From the NCBI GenBank assembly GCA_965112735.1, contig OZ218955.1:3100001-3164000 (forward strand): a DNA stretch of 64,000 nt, given 5' to 3'. Position numbers and translations under genes: made by a program. Position 1 is the first letter of the stretch; each line of letters opens with the position of its first letter. The notes under the pieces are model-generated. The model was not told the origin of the DNA. It saw only the letters and a program-made list of their open reading frames with translations, and did not search any database. The DNA comes from Phaeosaccion multiseriatum. Lineage: Eukaryota; Protista; Ochrophyta, other classes. Shown here in pieces: positions 25,185 through 37,978 of the stretch.

Positions 25185-25796
25185 GGTTGTTGTGCGGTGT
25201 CTACCCGTGGCCTCTCTCTCTCTCTCTCTCGCTCTATCCCTCTACCTTCGGCCACAGGGGACAGGACGTCAACACCAGAAGTGTGGCCGGAGCAGCAGAG
25301 AAAAAAAATGAATCCTTCAAAAAAAAAGGGGCGCTGAGTGAGCTTGTCTGTTCGCAGCTCCTCTACTACTATCGTTGCTGCTTTCGATAGTGGTGTAATG
25401 GTGGCCTGGCTGTAGTCATTCTGGCGTTTACCACCACAAGACAGGAGGGGGGGGGGAATGCAGGGTGATCCGCCATGAGGTGCCATCTGCTCGTGATTGG
25501 GTTTTTTGTTTTTTGGTGTGATTGGGTCTCTTGGCTGATCGGCCGGCGGCGCACGAGCGAGGCGTACTGTAGCTACGGCCGCTCGACTACTCATCGATAT
25601 GCTTTGCCGGTAGTCCCTTTTATGCATTACCCTTGAACCCCTTGCGCATAGCTATGCCGCCCTTCGGCCAGTACTGGACAGCCTCACGAAGCAGCAAAGA
25701 TAGCCTTGCTTTACTTTCCATTAATTTTAATTATTATGACTCGATTAGTGCGACATGCAAAGTATGTGACCGCGTGACTTGGCCAAGTTGCTACCC

Positions 25797-26015
25797 TCAC
25801 ATGGCGCTCTGACCCGACCCGATGCAGCCTGGGTATAACCAATCTCCCTGTGGCACCTCCGTAAGAGGGGGCTTGAGGCACCCCCCCCCCGAGGTGGTAC
25901 TCTGCGCCGCAGTACAGCCTTCGCCATCACAGAGTATCGTTGTCTGTCCTGCCACCTGATCGAGATGGCAGACTGTGCACGCTGTGCCAACCCTTCGCTC
26001 CTTGCCCTTGTGCAT
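25797..26015 (-). pseudogene. Degenerate PHD finger fragment
   Basis: CTVCH...ILCDGEGC...CLKPPLTEVPQGDWLYPGC; the zinc-ligand His and one Cys are lost. Confidence 0.7.
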
Positions 26016-26066
26016 GTCTGCGTAGCTCCCAGGACCCCCTTTTGATAGCCCACGGGATGATGTCGT

Positions 26067-26116
26067 GGCTGGCGCCGGCCATAATCAGTAATCAGGTAAT
26101 CTTGTCCAGGATCGAC
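26067..26116. mobile_element. TIR-like end, same family as 86-191 and 1123-1248
   Basis: GGCTGGCGCCGGCCATAATCAGTAATCAGGTAATCTTGTCCAGGATCGAC. Confidence 0.55.
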
Positions 26117-26304
26117 GCTGAGCGTGCAATGCGGGCAAGCGTGCGGCTCTGCTGAACTTCTCATTAGTCCCCCGCTCCGCTTTGGACTCGAGCTTCATAT
26201 GAGTGCCAACCTCCACCCGCCCCGTCCTCCTCACACACAAGACACTGTCTCACACCCTTCCTTTCCCCTGTCTTTGCCACTGCTTCTAGAGTAGTTCAGT
26301 GATG

Positions 26305-28422
26305 TCAAAGACCACCCCTTACTCTCTTTCGCGAATGCTCTCCTTCGCCATCCGCCCCCCCCGCTTCTCCTCCTCCTCCCGTCTCCTCCTGCAGCTCAAA
26401 GCCGTACTCGTCCATCAACGCCTTCACCTCCCTCGACAGGCCCTCCAAGCAGAAGAACTCCGCGGCCTGCAGGGCCTGCTTTGCTCTGATCTCGTCAAAC
26501 AGCTTTCCATGCTCTTTCCTCACCCTACCACCACTGCTGCTGCTGCTGCTGCCCCCCTTGCCACCCTGTTCCCGTTCTCTGGTGCTACTGCCGCTCGTGC
26601 CTCTCCTCCTCTTCTTCCCTGCTGACCCCGGCCTCCTCGTCAGCAGCTCCTCCACGCTGCCCGTGGTGACGAACTTCACCACGGCCTCGAAGCCCTCCTC
26701 CGTGAAGTTCACTCCGTCATACTCAAGCTCAATCTCCTTCTTCTTGTCCTTTCCCTTTCCTTTCTTGCCGCTCTTGTACCCATACTTGGCAGGGTCCAGT
26801 ATAGTGGAGAGAATACCTGCTGCAGAAGTGTCTTTGCCAGCGCTCTTCGTCCCATCCTCTCTTCCCCCCCCCCGTCCCTCTCTGACCTTCTCCATCAGCT
26901 GCTCCACCAGCGGGATGCTCAAAGCGTACAGCTTCTCCCCCTTCGCCCCACTCACTTTGTTCACCAGTCGCACATCCACCACCTCTTGGCTGCGCGTGTC
27001 TCCTTCGCCGCTGCCGCCCAGGATGGAATAGTGCTCAGCTACCGTCTGGAACCTGTCAGAGAGAGCATTCTTCTCCTCCCTGCCTTTGCTAAGGAATGAG
27101 GCAATGACACCACCGAAGCCTTTCTCTGCTGCCAAAGCGACGACCTTTCCGTCGACCGCAGCGCCCATCTTCAGCAGGAATGCAGCCACCTTCTCGCGGG
27201 CCTCCTGGCTATCGTCTTCGTCGTCGTTTCGCCGAGCAAAGTTCCTGGCAAATACGCCAGACACGGCTTGTTCATCAGGATGCATGCAGGCCATCAAGGG
27301 ACTTAAGCCGGTGTTGGTCAGAGCATCGATCTCAGCCTCAGCCTCCACAAGCAGATAAGACAGCTCCATGTTGCCCACAGCTGCGGCCAGGTGTAGAGGT
27401 GTCGTGACAGTCGTACTCTTCACCTTGACTGACGCACCAGCTTGTATCAGCGCAGACGCGATCTTCACATGACCCCGTGCGACCGCACAGAGGAGGGGGG
27501 TGTCGCCCTCATCATCCACCAAGTCGACAGAGGCGCCACGGCACATGAGCTCCTTCGCAGAAGCAAAACTTCCGAAGAAGCATGCCACGTGAAGCGGTGT
27601 GGCCTGAAAAGCATTTCTGGCATCAAGCTGCAGCCCTCTCTCCAGCAGAACAGGAATGCACTGCGCATTGCCGTTCGTTGCGGCGAGGTGCAGGAGGTTA
27701 AGACCATTCGCATCCTTAACTTGCACGTCTGCGCCGCCCTTCAGCAGCAGAGACAAGGCCTCTGCCCGTCCTCCCTTCTTCTCACCACCACCATAGCAGC
27801 ACGCCTGGGCTGCCGTGTAACCAGATGTATCTCTCTCATTTGGCTTCGCTCCAGCCTTGAGCAACACGTCCACACTCTCAGGATTCCCACGACAGGCTGC
27901 CCTGTGTAGGGCCTCGCTACCCTCCAATTCCGCGCCATGCCTCATTAAGTACCTCAAAATCAGGGGGTGGTCACCTGCAGCAGCAAAGCCCAAAGTCGAT
28001 CCAGTCCTTCCAGTCCCACACTTCACATTGATATCCGCTCCTGCCTCCACAAGCCCATTCACCAAGTCGAAGTGTCCCTCCGATGCAGCTCGGTGGAGAG
28101 GTGTCCGAATAGGATGAAGTGCATCGTACCCCCCTTTGCTGTCAATATCAAGTCCGCAACTCTGCAGCAGCTTAACGCTCCCCCGCGTATTCATGCCCTT
28201 CTCCTCTGTGCAGCGTATCTTCTTGCTCTTGTCCGTGTCGGCCAGGGCATGTAGCGGAGTGTAGCCTTTCTTCCTAAAGTGCTTCAAAGACACACAGGAT
28301 AAAACCACCTTGAGAAGGAGGAGGAGGTGCTCCGTGCTGCTGGCCCCGCCCGAAGCCTCCCACTCCTTGGCTCCCTCATACCACTCGTCCACAAGCCGAG
28401 CTGTCTCCTTAAAGGATGGCAT
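26305..28422 (-). CDS. Ankyrin-repeat + BTB-like protein, copy 1 (intronless)
   Basis: 705 aa; about 9 TPLH/AA-type ankyrin repeats; C-terminal EIELEYDGVNFTEEGFEAVVKFVTTGSV...ALQAAEFFCLEGL resembles the BTB/POZ C-terminal half. Confidence 0.9.
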   Translation of the reverse strand: MPSFKETARLVDEWYEGAKEWEASGGASSTEHLLLLLKVVLSCVSLKHFRKKGYTPLHALADTDKSKKIRCTEEKGMNTRGSVKLLQSCGLDIDSKGGYDALHPIRTPLHRAASEGHFDLVNGLVEAGADINVKCGTGRTGSTLGFAAAGDHPLILRYLMRHGAELEGSEALHRAACRGNPESVDVLLKAGAKPNERDTSGYTAAQACCYGGGEKKGGRAEALSLLLKGGADVQVKDANGLNLLHLAATNGNAQCIPVLLERGLQLDARNAFQATPLHVACFFGSFASAKELMCRGASVDLVDDEGDTPLLCAVARGHVKIASALIQAGASVKVKSTTVTTPLHLAAAVGNMELSYLLVEAEAEIDALTNTGLSPLMACMHPDEQAVSGVFARNFARRNDDEDDSQEAREKVAAFLLKMGAAVDGKVVALAAEKGFGGVIASFLSKGREEKNALSDRFQTVAEHYSILGGSGEGDTRSQEVVDVRLVNKVSGAKGEKLYALSIPLVEQLMEKVREGRGGGREDGTKSAGKDTSAAGILSTILDPAKYGYKSGKKGKGKDKKKEIELEYDGVNFTEEGFEAVVKFVTTGSVEELLTRRPGSAGKKRRRGTSGSSTREREQGGKGGSSSSSSGGRVRKEHGKLFDEIRAKQALQAAEFFCLEGLSREVKALMDEYGFELQEETGGGGEAGGADGEGEHSRKRVRGGL

Positions 28423-28927
28423 GCTTCACGGCAGAAGACAACCTTCTCTTAATCTACAGTGGAGGGGTGACTGGGGAAGTGAGGCCGACAAGAGGAGAGA
28501 GACTTTATCGACTTAGCGAGAAAAAAATCGAAAGGGGGAGCGCCAACTGTGAACCCTGCTGATGCACAACATGCAAACCCCCATTGTGTGTGTTCTATTT
28601 TTTTTTCTTTTTCCTCGGAGTACTCACTACTTTCTGATCCTCCTACTCGGCTTAAGCTTAACTGCCGCGAGTGGCAGCAAGGGGCGTATGTCTCAACGGA
28701 CGCCATCTCCCGCTCCGAAGCTTCCATACAGAGCACGCTTACTCCGTAGCTAGCTACGCCCCCCGCCCCCTCGGGACACTCCCACTTCTCCCAATTTGCT
28801 CCCTTCCCGAGGGAGCCTCGTCTGCCCCATTCCTTTCCCCCTCCTGACACCTGCTTCAGACTCGGCTGCTGCGGCGGCTCACAAAGCGGCTCAGCCCCCC
28901 TCAGCACTCCCGCCTCACCGCGCGATG

Positions 28928-31231
28928 TCACCGTCGCCCGGAAGAGTCCGACATCATGGCGTTGTAGCGCTGCATGGGAGAGACGGGCGTCGACCTAGGG
29001 CCGCAGTGGCTTCTGCCGGTGTCCCCGCCTCTGCTGCTGCCGCTGCTGTCGTGGTCGATGCTGCTCGGAGGAAGGGGGCTTTGAGGGCTGTCGTCTCCCC
29101 GGGGTGGAGGTGCCCCTCGTAAAGTGTCAATCTCCTCTTGCTGCTCCTTGCTGCTCCCGTTCGCCTTGCCGCCCGGAACTACCAGCTTCTTCTGCCGATC
29201 TTGCCCGGCTGCCCCTACCTTGCTGCTACTGCTCCCTCCGCTGCCACCCCAATCCGTCCTCCTCCTCTTCTTCGAGGGGGTCCACGTGGCGGCGGGGCTA
29301 GGGCGGGCCCCGTTGTGGTCCTCACCACTCCGCCATGACTCGGAGGCCCCAGCAGTGGTGGGAAGGGCGAGGAGGGCCAGGACGACTTCCTCCTCTTCCG
29401 AGCCTGAGGCGTGCACACTGCCACCCAGAGCGCCGCTCCTCTGCTCTCTCCTGCCCCTCGCCCCCTCTCCCTTGCTTCGGGCGGAGCTAGTCGTCGTGGG
29501 AGAGATCCATCCAACGCGCTTCAGACTGGGCCTCGGCTGCTGCGGTTGCTGCTGTCGGGCAGTGTGCCGAGGCGGCGTGCTCACTTCGTATCTTCCTCCT
29601 CGCCCTCCGCTTCCTCCGCTTCCTCCTCTCCCTCCGACCATTGACGTGATTGTGCCCCGCTGCTGCGAAGAAAGGGGTGGAAAGGCATTGGTCGAGGAGT
29701 CGAAGCACGCGGCTCTCTGCCTCTTGCTCGCGCCGACGCCGCCACCGCCACTGCAAAGGGTATTGTCATGCGCGTCGAAAGGCTTGCGTGGCGCTTCCCA
29801 CGCGTCATACCACGCGTCATACTCCGCCTCATCCTCCTCTCGCCTCTTCTTCTGGAGGGCGGCGGCCTTGCTGCGCTCCTCGTCGGCAAGGGGATGGGAG
29901 AGAAGATCAGCCGACCGTGACGACGCACTAGCACCACCACGAGCAGCCGCGACCTGAGGCACGTAGCTTCCCAAGGTTTCCCTAAGGGAGGGCACGGTCT
30001 GCTGGCGCTTCCACGCTTCTTGCCGCTGCCACCCCTCGCGCCGCTGGCGCTCCTGGAGGCTCTGCTGCTCCTCCATGAACCTCTGCCGCTGCCTTCGCTT
30101 CTGCTGCTGCTGATGCTGCTGCTCATTGTCCTGGAGCCGAAGCTGCTCTGGCCGCTGCTCCCGGCCGTGTTGTGCGTGCTCTGATGCGTCGTGGGGGCTG
30201 CGGTCGGCTTCTGGGTGTCCGAGCCGCGAGGAGTAGGTGGAGGAGGTGGGGGCGGGGAAGGGATGGGTGACCGGCCCTGCGCCCATTGCCGCGGGGGGAG
30301 CTAGGGCGGGAAAGTACTCCGCCTCGAAGAAGGAGTACGGGCATGCCCAGCCGCTCTCCTGCCCCTTCGCGGCCGGAGTGGTAGGAGCAGTAGTAGAGGT
30401 AGTAGTAGGAGGAGGAGGGGGAGGAGGAGAAGAAGAAGACCTGGCTGGGGAAGGAGCAGCAGGAGCACGTCCGCTACTCCGCTGTGACGAAGCCCGGCTC
30501 GAAGTCCACGTCGGCGATGCTTGTTGCTCTGCGCAGAGAAACTCCTGGACCTTCTTCAGCCCTGCTTTGCCTGCCCTCAGTCGGGCGAGATGCCGGTACT
30601 GCTCGGCCTCCCCTTCCCCATACAGCGGCGGCTCCTGCAGCGGCTGGTCGCGAGTATGGTCTGCATCCTCCGACAACCCCCCGAGCGGCATGGTCGGCAG
30701 CTCCCTCGGCGAGTGGCCCCTTTCGCCTCCGAAGCCAGCGGCATTCGTCGCGGCGCTGCTGGTGGTGGGCAGGGGGGCTGAGCACGTCAACTCGGACGCC
30801 GGAGCACGTAGTGGAGAGGGATCAGTATTTGCCGCCGCTGCCGCCGCAGCAGCTGGTGATACAGCAGCAGCAGCAGTAGTAGCAGTAGTAGCCGCAGTAG
30901 AAATGGTAGCAGGCGAGAGAGGATGAGGGGAGGGTTCCTGAGTCATACCCTCCGTGCAGACAAGCCAGAAGCCGTTGCTCTTGTCTTCGCCCGTCCCCTC
31001 CACCCGAGCCGGGGCCGCAGCATCATCCACAGCCGTTGGTGGTATAGCCCTCTTGCACACGGCGAGGGACGCCCCCGACTCCGAGTCCGCCCATCGGATG
31101 GCAGCCTCAGGCGAAGGATCGTTGCTCCTCCACCAGCCAGTCGGCGGCGGAGTCTGGCACGCGGTGCTGGTCATAGATCGACTTCGAGGAACGGTCTTTC
31201 GGTGCCGCCGCCGCTGCTGCTTCTGTGGATT

Positions 31232-31267
<36 letters not shown>

Positions 31268-34200
31268 GGGCTGCTGTTTGTGATGCTGCTCGTGCTGCTG
31301 ATGATGCTGCTGATGATGCTGCTCGTGCTGCTGTTGGGGCTGCTGCTTGTGATGCTGCTCGTACTGCTGTTGGGGCTGCTGTTTGTGTTGCTGCTGCTGG
31401 TGATGCTGGTGATGCTGCTGGTGCTGCTCAAGTTCCTCTAGTGAATGACTCACCTCCTCTGTGGAGTACTCCCTCAGCAAGTTACGGGGACGGGGCGGGG
31501 CATCATAAGTCGGGGGTTCCTGCTGTGTCACCGACTGCTGCCTCTCCTGCTCCTTCGCTCCATCCCAGACACCGCCGCTGCCTCTCCCACCACCAGGAGG
31601 TAGGGGCTCTGGCGCACTCTCGGGAAGGCGCAGAGGGGAGGTCCTTGGACTGTCCCCTCCAAGCGGGGCCTGTGGAGAGCCAGGCCGAGTCTCGGCGGCA
31701 GCCGCTGCCGTGTTTGGGCCTTCGCGTCGTGGGGTACTGGGGAGAAGCTCGGAGTCTTGCGGCAACGCATTGCTGGACCTCTGCACACCGCCCCTGTACT
31801 CGGCGCTCAGTGCGGCTGATGTATCACCAACTGCTGCTGCTACGCTCGCGTGGAGATCATCATTGGTGTCGCGACACCCCTTCGCCTCTCCTCGACTCTT
31901 CTCGGTACGGCACGGCTGCTGTGCCCCCAACCGCTTCTGCTCGGGCTCATATTGCTCCATCCTTGCCCCCCGTCGTCGCTCTGGCCCGCCGCTGTCCGGC
32001 TTGCCCTGTCCGCCCGCCCGCTCCACGCACGGCCCTTGCATCTCTCGGTCTGCTCCTGCCGGGAACCGTTCGCCACTGGGAGAACGCCGCGGAGCATTTG
32101 TGGCCAACGTTTGGGCTGCGGTTGCGGCGGCTCCTGCTGTGGCCGGCAATTGGCCGTAAATGGGATGCCAGAGAGTGTTCGGATCGCGCCCACTCGAGTA
32201 GGAGAGCCCAACGGAAACAGGAGAATTTGATGTGTCCGCCTCCTGTCCCTCCCCCTTCCCACCTCCCTTCTGTGGCGGCTGTGACTCCTCCTCCTCGGCT
32301 TCATCCTCCTCCTTCTTCTCCCTCTCCTCCTCTTTCGCAGGCTCGGGTGATGTCTCAGCTCTGCACCACCCGTCTTCGCCCTTGCACAGACGTCCCCGCT
32401 TCTTGTACACAGGGCAGTCGCTGAAAACGTCCCCCATGTCCTCCTCTTCGTCCGAAGCAGCAGCGGCCATTTCTGATTCGGGAGACAAGGACGATGCGCC
32501 ATTCCCTCTTCTTCTTCCTCTTCCTCTTCCTTCGGCAGCGATGCTCGCACCGGCGCCCTCGGCTGCGTCCGGCGAGCCAGCCAGCTGCATCAGTAGGCAG
32601 CCCCCCCTGCGGACGCTGCCGCCACCAGCTACGCGTGGGCTCCGCTTCTGGCTTCCCATACGACTGTCGCTACTGCTGCTGCTGGTACTGCTGCCTCCAT
32701 CGGAGTCCGAGTCGGTGTGCAGCCCCTCCTCGGAGCTTGCTCTACCTCTGCCCTGCTGCGCCGAGGCCAGCTCGCTACAGCCCGGGCCGCCGTGCGCTGG
32801 GCAGTAGCGCAGTTGGCCGCTTGGGCGTTGATGCTTCGCACCGGGCCCTGCAGGGCTGTCCTCGTTGGACCGAAGGACGAAGGTGGGGCATCCCTCTTGC
32901 GCGCACACCTTCCGCTTGAGACCGGACACATCGATCATGCCCTCTCGACTGCGTACACACACACACACGCACGCACCCACGAGCCACAATCAGCAAGGCA
33001 GGCCACCGAGAGAGAGAGGGGCGGCGATGCAGGCAGGGTAGGAAGGGAAGAGCTCAGGACAGAGTACGCAAGGATGGCTTCTCCGCATCCAATGCCCTCA
33101 CGCGAGTTGAGCGAACATTGCCGACCAAAGTGGTAGCCATTGCAGAGGCGTGTGGCACAACCACATACTACTCTGACTATGTACAGATACTGCGTTGCAA
33201 CGACAACTCCCTGCCTCACAAGGCAAAGCAAGGCCTGCGTCTCCAGTGAGGGAAGGTACTTGACGCCTCCACCCACGACACACGCACCCACACACCTGCA
33301 GTCGGAGCAGTGCGTGGCCCTGTTCTCCGCGGGGTAGCCGAAGGTGGGGCGGGAGCGGCAGCCCAGTCCAGAGCAGCGCCTGATCTCGCGAGAGCGGTGC
33401 ACAGCAAGGGTTCAGGGAGGTGTGAGCTCGGTGGGTCGGAGGAGGGGGTGTCTGGTGGCAGGGGTGTGGGTGGTTGCGCTGAAGAGACGGCAGCTCTGAA
33501 GAAAAGTACCGCTAAGCCCCCTTTAATCGGCGTGATGCGCGCCTGTGTCCTCAACGCTCAGCAAGGGTCTGTCCTTCGCTTCCTCTCTCGTGGTGTGTCG
33601 TGACCGAGTTCTCTCTCTCTCTCGCTGTGCACCCCTTCACGTCCCCTTACCACTCACCGATTGGTTACGTCTTCCATGTCCGGATCCTGCCGGGCGATGC
33701 ATGCGCCGAGAGAGGAGGGAGGGGGAGGAGGCAACGGTAAAGAAGGAGACAAAGCGCGAGGCAGTCTGACTGGGGAAAAATCTTCTGCCACGCCCCCCCC
33801 CCCGCCCCGGCCACGCCTACACACGCACACACGCACACACGCACACACGCACACACGAATACACGCACCTTGTGGAGGGAGCAGAATCTTCCCCTCTGCC
33901 CCACTATTCCGTACAGGGGTCGGCGCCTGCAGCCCGCAGTCTCGCACCTCCTGCATCCACGCACACACAAGGGTTGGCGTTATGAGAATGGAAGCTACGG
34001 GCATTCAGTGGACACACATGCTCGCGCTTCTCGGCTCACCCCCCCTCATCCCTTCCCTCACCCCATGCCCATGCCCTTTCGACGAGCAAACACAGAGAGA
34101 AGCATTGTGTCTTCGCTTCTTCCTCCCGGCCGATGTACAGTACGATACTGCTGCAGCAACCACCCCACCCAGAGGTCCATCTCCACACGATCGGTATCGC

Positions 34201-35088
34201 ACCTCGACACGACGTCCACAGCGCCCTTTGCTCGATGCAGGGCACACCAGCGCGGCTTCCTGTCTCCCTCGAAGCCGTAGGAAGGCTGCTTCCGGCAGTT
34301 CGAGAAGCAGCAGCGTCTGCTGCGGACGTCGACCATGTGCGCCTTTTTTTAGGAGGAGAGGAGAGAGAGGGATGAGTGGCAGGCAGGGAGGTGGGAGTTG
34401 CTGCACACCATATCCTCAGAGCAAGCAGCCTTTTCAAAGCCTGGAGGAACTCTGCCTACCGCCGGGACCGAGAGAAGAGTCAACTCGGGATTAATGCGGC
34501 TGCCACTCACCTCCTTGTGCTCCCTGCAGTACTGAGCCGACTGCCCATCTACGGCGTACAACTACGGAGAGGAAGAAGCGGGGAGAATGAGAGAATCTCA
34601 GGGGAAGGGTGGAAGCGGTCGAGCAGTGCAAGCTGCGGAAAGCAAGGCGAGCGAAGCGTTACACCCTAACCCAATCACCACCCCCACCACCGTGACGCAC
34701 ATGAGGCCTCCACCTCCGCCTTCCAGATCCTCTCCTATATTGTTCTCCCCCGCCCGATTCCCGACCCCTTTCCCTCCACAGGACCCCCCCTTGCCACTGC
34801 TGCCCCCGACTCACGCACCGGCCACTTCTCGCAGCCCCCGAACAGACAACGCCGGCTCGAGCTCCGGGAGCCCTTCCCACCTAGGGTCCTCTTTCCCCGC
34901 GCACTTCCTCCCTGCGGCTGCCCCGCCACTGGCCAGGCAGGTGGATCTTTTTTGTCCCTCGAGTCTTCCCCCGCATAGCGCCGCCCGGAGCTCCAGCGCC
35001 CCTGCCCACCCGGTTCAGTCCTTCCCCACCCACCACCCCCACGCGGCTGCACCACCACCACCGCCTCCCCTCCCCAAACTCCCTCCAT
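28928..35088 (-). CDS. EsV-1-7 cysteine-rich repeat protein with a long low-complexity/Gln-rich C-terminus (multi-exon)
   Basis: Five CxxxGC...P.YG...C..H repeats: RRCLFGGCEKWP|LYAVDGQSAQYCREH; RRCCFSNCRKQPSYGFEGDRKPRWCALH; RCETAGCRRRPLYGIVGQRGRFCSLH; RRCSGLGCRSRPTFGYPAENRATHCSDC; KVCAQEGC...YCPAH. Linkers MVDV/MEDV/MIDV. Confidence 0.85.
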
Positions 35089-35890
35089 CTCTCTTCACGC
35101 CGCAAAAGAAGCCAATGTCCCTCTCTGGAGAGGGGAGTTGCCGCTGCGGAGCTTCTCCTGTGGTACTGCCGCCTTTCCCCGCTACCGCCGCTGTCCCTTT
35201 CGCTGCCTAGAAGAGTGTGGACGTGATGCGACAGTGGCCTATGTCCCTCCCTATCCCCCTTGCTCTTTTTTCTTAGTGTTGGCTGCTCCTCTTTCTCAGA
35301 GGCCTGTCAAAAGAACAGTGGCAAAAATGGAGATCGAGTTTTGGGCACCCCCCCCCCCTCGGGATTTAGCGCCCTCCCAAAAAAAGGCCTCACGAAGGCC
35401 TTCACAGCGGCAACGAAACAGAGGCATTCTACTTGGCTATTTCATTCATTAACATGCATTCCAAGAGGAGCTTGGGAGACCTATGCTTTGGGTGGGAGAG
35501 AAGGCACCTGCCAACAGGCTGCTTGCCGGGCCTCACACTGAAATAGCGCCCCTCCCCAGCGCACGTAGGCAGCGAGAGCCTTGCGCCTTGTGCTCTAGCC
35601 TCGAGCTTCCCACACCCCTACCTGCCTACCGGACACGCACGCCAATCTATATACCTCCCTCCCACTATTCCCTGCTCCCCCCACCCCCCCCGACGGATCA
35701 CGAGTTCTCCCTCTCCTTCCCATCCTTCTCCTACGCAGCAGCTCGAAGACTTACGCGCCCCTTGTGCTGTTCCAGGCCTGGGAAGGAAGGAGCACATCTG
35801 CTCTCACAAACGGCCGCCACCCCCTGTGCCCTCCCACTCTCAGTTGCCGTCGGGGCTCGCCCTCGAGATGTTTCCGTTCCTCGATAAAGC

Positions 35891-37978
35891 TCACGGATCT
35901 GTCCTCGCCCTCTTCCGCGAAGGCTGCCCCTCTCCTCCTCCCCCCCCCCCCGTCTCCTCCTGCAGCACAAAGCCGTACTCGTCCATCAACATCTTCACCT
36001 CCCTCGACAGGCCCTCCAAGCAGAAGAACTCGGCGGCCTGCAGAGCCTGCTTCGCTCTGATCTCGTCAAACAGCTTTCCATGCTCTTTCCTCACCCTACC
36101 ACCACCACTGCTGCTGCTGCTGCTGCTGCTGCCCCCCTCCTCACAACTGCTGCTGCTCTCATGTCCTGCTCCGCTGCCACTGCTGCTCGCGCCTCTCTTC
36201 CTCTTCCTTGCCGATCCAGGCCTCCTCGTCAGCAGCTCCTCCACGCTGCCCGTGGTGACGAACTTCACCAAAGCCTCGAAGCCCTCCTCCGTGAAGTTCA
36301 CTCCGTCATACTCAAGCTCAGTCTCCATCTTGCCCTTCCCCTTTCCTTTCTTGCCGCTCCTATACCCATTCTTGGCAGGGTCCAGTATAGTTAGGAGAAT
36401 ACCTAAAGCAGAAGCGTCCTTGCCAGCGCTCTTCGTCCCTTCCTCTCCTCCGCCCCCCCCTCTCTCTCTCATATTCTCCATGAGCTGCTCCACCAAGGGA
36501 AGACTCAAGGTGTACCTCTTTCGGCCCTTCTCTCCGGTGGACATGTTCACCAGGCGTACGTGCACCACATCGTCCACCCTCTCATCGTCACCGTCCGCAG
36601 TCACGGTATGGTGCTCAGCTACGATGTGGAGCCTGTCAGAGAGGGTAGTCTTCTCCTCCCTGCCTCTGCTGAGAAAGGAGGCAAGCACGTCACCGAAGCC
36701 CTTCTCTGCTGCCAAAGCGATGACCTTCCCATCGACCGCAGCGCTCCTCTTCAGCAGGAAAGCAGCCACCTTCTCGCGGGCCTCCTGGCTGCCTGGCCCA
36801 ACATCGTGAAACTCAAGCATGCCTGACACGGCTTGTTCATCAGGATGCATGCAGGCCATCAAGGGACTTTGGCCCGTGTTGGTCAGAGCATCGATCTCAG
36901 CGTCAGCCTCCACAAGCAGATAGGACAGTTTCATGCTGCCCAGAGCTGCGGCCAGGTGTAGAGGTGTCATGGCAGTCGTGCTCTTCACCTTGACTGAGGC
37001 ACCAGCTTGTATCAGCTCAACCGCGATCCTCACATGATCCTGTGAAATCGCATCGAAGAGGGGGGTACAGCCGGCATCATCCACCAAGTCGAGAGAGACG
37101 CCGAGGCACGTGAGCTCCTTTACACAAGCCAATCTTCCGGTATAGCATGCATAATGAAGCGGCGTGGCCTGAAAAGCATTTCTGGCATCAAGCTGCAGCC
37201 CTCTCTCCAGCAGAAGAGGCAAGCACTGCGCATTGCCGTTCCCTGCGGCGAGGTGCAGAAGGTTAGCATCATTGGCATTCTTAACTTGCACGTCGGCGCC
37301 GGCCTCCAGCAGCAGAGACAAGGCCTCTGCCCGTCCTCCATTCTTCTCACCACCACCTTTGCAGCACGCCTGGGCTGCCGTGTCACCGTCTCCAATTCTC
37401 TCATTCGGTTTCCCCCCAGCCTTCAGCAACGCTTCCACACTCTCAGGACTGCCGACATACGCTGACCCGTGCAGGGCCTCGCTGCCCTCCACCTCCGCGC
37501 CATGCCTCATCAAGTACCTCAAAATCAGGGGGTGGTCACCTCCAGCAGCAAAGCCCAATGCGGACCTCGTCAAACACTTCGCATTGATATCCGCTCCTGC
37601 CTCCACGAGTCCCTTCACCAAGTCGAAGTGTCCCTCCGATGCAGCTCGGTGGAGAGGTGTCCGATCAGGAAAAGGCGTGTCGTTCCCACTCTTGGTGTCA
37701 ATATCAAGTCCGCAATTCTGCAGCAGCTTAACGCTCCGCCGCATGTTCATGCCCTTCTCCTCTGTGCAGCGTATCTTCTTGCCCTCGTCCGTGTCGGCCA
37801 GGGCATGGAGCGGAGTGTAGCCTTTCTTTCTAAAGTGCTTCAAAGACACACAGGATAAAATCACCTTGAGAAGGAGGAGGAGGTGTTCCGTGCTGCTGGC
37901 CCCGCCCGAACCCTCCCACTCCTTGGTTCTCTCATACCACTCGTCCACAAGCCGAGCCGTCTCCTCAAAGGATGGCAT
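35891..37978 (-). CDS. Ankyrin-repeat + BTB-like protein, copy 2
   Basis: 695-aa intronless paralogue. Confidence 0.9.
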   Translation of the reverse strand: MPSFEETARLVDEWYERTKEWEGSGGASSTEHLLLLLKVILSCVSLKHFRKKGYTPLHALADTDEGKKIRCTEEKGMNMRRSVKLLQNCGLDIDTKSGNDTPFPDRTPLHRAASEGHFDLVKGLVEAGADINAKCLTRSALGFAAGGDHPLILRYLMRHGAEVEGSEALHGSAYVGSPESVEALLKAGGKPNERIGDGDTAAQACCKGGGEKNGGRAEALSLLLEAGADVQVKNANDANLLHLAAGNGNAQCLPLLLERGLQLDARNAFQATPLHYACYTGRLACVKELTCLGVSLDLVDDAGCTPLFDAISQDHVRIAVELIQAGASVKVKSTTAMTPLHLAAALGSMKLSYLLVEADAEIDALTNTGQSPLMACMHPDEQAVSGMLEFHDVGPGSQEAREKVAAFLLKRSAAVDGKVIALAAEKGFGDVLASFLSRGREEKTTLSDRLHIVAEHHTVTADGDDERVDDVVHVRLVNMSTGEKGRKRYTLSLPLVEQLMENMRERGGGGGEEGTKSAGKDASALGILLTILDPAKNGYRSGKKGKGKGKMETELEYDGVNFTEEGFEALVKFVTTGSVEELLTRRPGSARKRKRGASSSGSGAGHESSSSCEEGGSSSSSSSSGGGRVRKEHGKLFDEIRAKQALQAAEFFCLEGLSREVKMLMDEYGFVLQEETGGGGGGEGQPSRKRARTDP

